From positions 1 through 26,046 of the IMG/VR virus record IMGVR_UViG_3300005326_000116: a DNA stretch of 26,046 nt. One strand, given 5' to 3'. The notes below the pieces were generated by a model, which saw only the letters and a program-made list of their open reading frames with translations, did not search any database and had not been told where the DNA came from. Of the stretch, positions 23,982-26,046 are shown piece by piece. The translations under genes and the position numbers were made by a program. Position 1 is the stretch's first letter; every line of letters begins with the position of its first letter. This stretch comes from a virus. Its lineage: Duplodnaviria; Caudoviricetes.

Positions 23982-25592
23982 ATGGCTGTTAAAGATTATT
24001 TCTGGATAAGCGACATTGCCTCTGGCGGTGTCAATACTCATGATGAACCGAGAGAATTAAAAGACAATGAATCGCCTTTCATATTGAATATGGACGTGAA
24101 AAACAGGGGCCGTGTGATATGCCGTACAGGGTATGAACTCTGGGGTGAAGTAGCGGTTAATTACGGTGGCAGGGGGTTACTTCCCTATTACAGGACTTAC
24201 GGGACGGATTCGGGCGAGTACCTGCTTTCCTTTTACGGCAACGGCAAGGCTTATTATTCAGTATCGGCAACGGGAACACCCGTTGAAATAGGAACTCTTG
24301 GTACTGATTCGGGAAGCGTGAGGGGATCGGTGTTTGAAAATACAGCCATTTACGGTAACGGGCTTGCCGCTAATGTTACTCAGTCATGGGCGGGCACTGG
24401 TGCAAGTGCCAACGTTACAAATGCCCCCGATTCAAAGGTATGGGGTCAGGTCAATCATTCGCTGATGGGTGTTGGTCTGACAGCCCCGACAACCCTGCAA
24501 TGGTCTGATATTGATGAATTCGATGACTGGACGACGGGTATCGCTTCCAATTCAACCGTGGGGCTGGGTGACGGTCAGGATATTACTTGGGTAGGCACGG
24601 TCAATGACACTCCGGTGGTGTTTAAAGAAAGGTCAATATTCCCTATTGAGATTTCTTTTGATACCAGCGATATTTGTGTCAGGTTCGCTTTCAAGGAACG
24701 CAAAAACTCATGTTCCGGCTGTATCGCCACGGGGTCGGTCGTTCCGATTGCCAACTCACAGGGCGAATCAGCCTATTACCTGAGTGAGAATGGTTTTGAG
24801 GCTTACGGGGTGGTGGAAAATCTGGCTACGACGAACAACCCTAATGCCATCAGCTACAACATCAATCCTACAGTCAGGCGGATAAACTTCCAGTATGCCG
24901 ATAAGATAAACGCCGAGAAATGGGAGGATAAATACATATGCATAGTTCCTTTTGAACATTCACAGACTAATGATTACGCTTTTGTCCAGTCACTTGAATT
25001 CGGGTCATGGACACTTTATAACGGCATGAATTTTGCCGATATAAAGAGATTCCATGATTCAAATGGGCGGGATATGCTGATTGCGCAGAGTGCCAGTGAG
25101 GCTAAATTATTCAAATTCAACAATAACTTTTCCGATAACGGATTCGGTTATGAGCGGGCCTTTCAGAGCAAGACTTTTACATTTGGTAACAGGATTCAGT
25201 GGAAATGGCTTGATCTGGTCGGTTCAAAGACAATCGGTTCGACAATTTATGTTCAGATTGATGTGGATGGCAGGACTGAACTTTATAAAATAAATGACTC
25301 ACACCTTACCAAAGGGACAGGCGGGGGTTTCATAGGCGATAACTGGATCGGTGATTCTTATGCCGGAGGGGGCTTCCACGGTAATGCGACACCCTTATAC
25401 GATTTCAAGGCCCGTATTGCCATCAAGAATATCCAGTATGGAAGTGAATTCAAATTTAAAGTGTACAATAATGCCGACGGTGAGGGGTGGTCACTCAGGG
25501 GGTACGGTTACAAGATACAGGGGCTTAATGACGAGGTGGCCACGACTTCAAATGAAAACGGATATGCTTACGCAATACCTTATAATTCTTAG
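23982..25592 (+). CDS. Probable tail nozzle / DNA stabilization protein (P22 gp10-like beta-propeller)
   Basis: SGGVNT...LKDNESP...N.D...G...R.GY N-terminus, LQWSD...DDW, VVFKERSI, GCIA..SV, YYLSENG, ISYNI motifs. Confidence 0.75.
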   Translation: MAVKDYFWISDIASGGVNTHDEPRELKDNESPFILNMDVKNRGRVICRTGYELWGEVAVNYGGRGLLPYYRTYGTDSGEYLLSFYGNGKAYYSVSATGTPVEIGTLGTDSGSVRGSVFENTAIYGNGLAANVTQSWAGTGASANVTNAPDSKVWGQVNHSLMGVGLTAPTTLQWSDIDEFDDWTTGIASNSTVGLGDGQDITWVGTVNDTPVVFKERSIFPIEISFDTSDICVRFAFKERKNSCSGCIATGSVVPIANSQGESAYYLSENGFEAYGVVENLATTNNPNAISYNINPTVRRINFQYADKINAEKWEDKYICIVPFEHSQTNDYAFVQSLEFGSWTLYNGMNFADIKRFHDSNGRDMLIAQSASEAKLFKFNNNFSDNGFGYERAFQSKTFTFGNRIQWKWLDLVGSKTIGSTIYVQIDVDGRTELYKINDSHLTKGTGGGFIGDNWIGDSYAGGGFHGNATPLYDFKARIAIKNIQYGSEFKFKVYNNADGEGWSLRGYGYKIQGLNDEVATTSNENGYAYAIPYNS

Positions 25593-25597
25593 ATACA

Positions 25598-26046
25598 ATG
25601 GCGAAAATAACGACGCTTAATTTAGAAACAAACCTTGGGTTCACCTTTGACAGGCAGGCGACTGCCGACGGAACTACCCTGTACCTGAAATTCTTTGACA
25701 GGGTGACAGGCGTGGCAAGGGAGCCGATAGCGGCCAACCGCACTAACCTTGTGGTGGTTGCCGATAAGGGGTCGGAAAGTTCCCCGAATCCGAATTACGA
25801 GATTATCGTTTTGGGTACGGTGGGGGCCGCTTCAAGCGGGATTTCTACCTGTACTTCATGCGTTCGCGGGGTGACTTTTGCCACTACCGCCATAGCGGCA
25901 GGAACTGGTAAAATCCATCAGGCGGGGGCCGTGGGCGGGTGCGCTGATGTGGCAGACCTCTGGTGGCAGGCGTTACGGGTGCTTGACGGCACTTATGGGA
26001 CGAATGCTAACGCAATCAGGGTAGGTGATGAAACAGCCGCCGATAT
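25598..26046 (+). CDS. Probable tail fibre / virion protein N-terminus (partial)
   Basis: Open frame from ATG 25598 to the window end: MAKITTLNLETNLGFTFDRQ...YEII...CVRG...HQAGA. Follows the nozzle gene. Confidence 0.7.
   Translation, partial: MAKITTLNLETNLGFTFDRQATADGTTLYLKFFDRVTGVAREPIAANRTNLVVVADKGSESSPNPNYEIIVLGTVGAASSGISTCTSCVRGVTFATTAIAAGTGKIHQAGAVGGCADVADLWWQALRVLDGTYGTNANAIRVGDETAAD

Noticed and set aside
8370-25743. Minus-strand and alternate-frame ORFs inside the structural arm
   Set aside because: They overlap coherent plus-strand phage genes and look like shadow frames.
1-26046. Alternative genetic code (stop-codon reassignment)
   Set aside because: Long genes are intact in code 11, and TGA, TAG and TAA all end genes at sensible, often coupled, junctions.

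Overview
The window is a 26 kb segment of a tailed dsDNA phage with a P22-like short-tailed (podovirus) gene set. No integrase, lysis, rRNA, tRNA or CRISPR genes were seen. The left arm (1-7800, minus strand) holds early, recombination and replication genes: a DUF6745-like protein with a 12-bp coding repeat and its usual small partner, a SWIM zinc finger, a DUF669/SSB-like protein, a YqaJ exonuclease, an SSAP-like protein, several tiny Zn-finger ORFs, a truncated methyltransferase-like protein, a sigma-like multi-HTH protein and a DUF3987-like AAA+ protein. An AT-rich origin-like spacer (about 7800-8110) separates the arms. The right arm (plus strand) holds TerS, TerL, portal, scaffold, a decoration protein, a Mu gpT-like major capsid protein, three large beta-rich virion proteins, a head-tail adaptor, a tail nozzle and the start of a probable tail fibre. 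Shine-Dalgarno-less AC-rich leaders combined with canonical sigma70 promoters point, by inference, to a Patescibacteria/CPR-type host. The most notable unexplained signals are two leaders built from interleaved (A-B-A'-B') inverted repeats, a first early gene enclosed by a 25-bp long-range stem, an A9 tract that would fuse the SSB-like gene to the SWIM finger, a methyltransferase-like protein with PCQ in place of NPPY and a C-terminal clamp-binding motif, a small gene flanked by 12-bp direct repeats, and an 863-aa protein with nested 13/66/133-aa repeats. All family assignments come from motif recognition by eye, not database searches.
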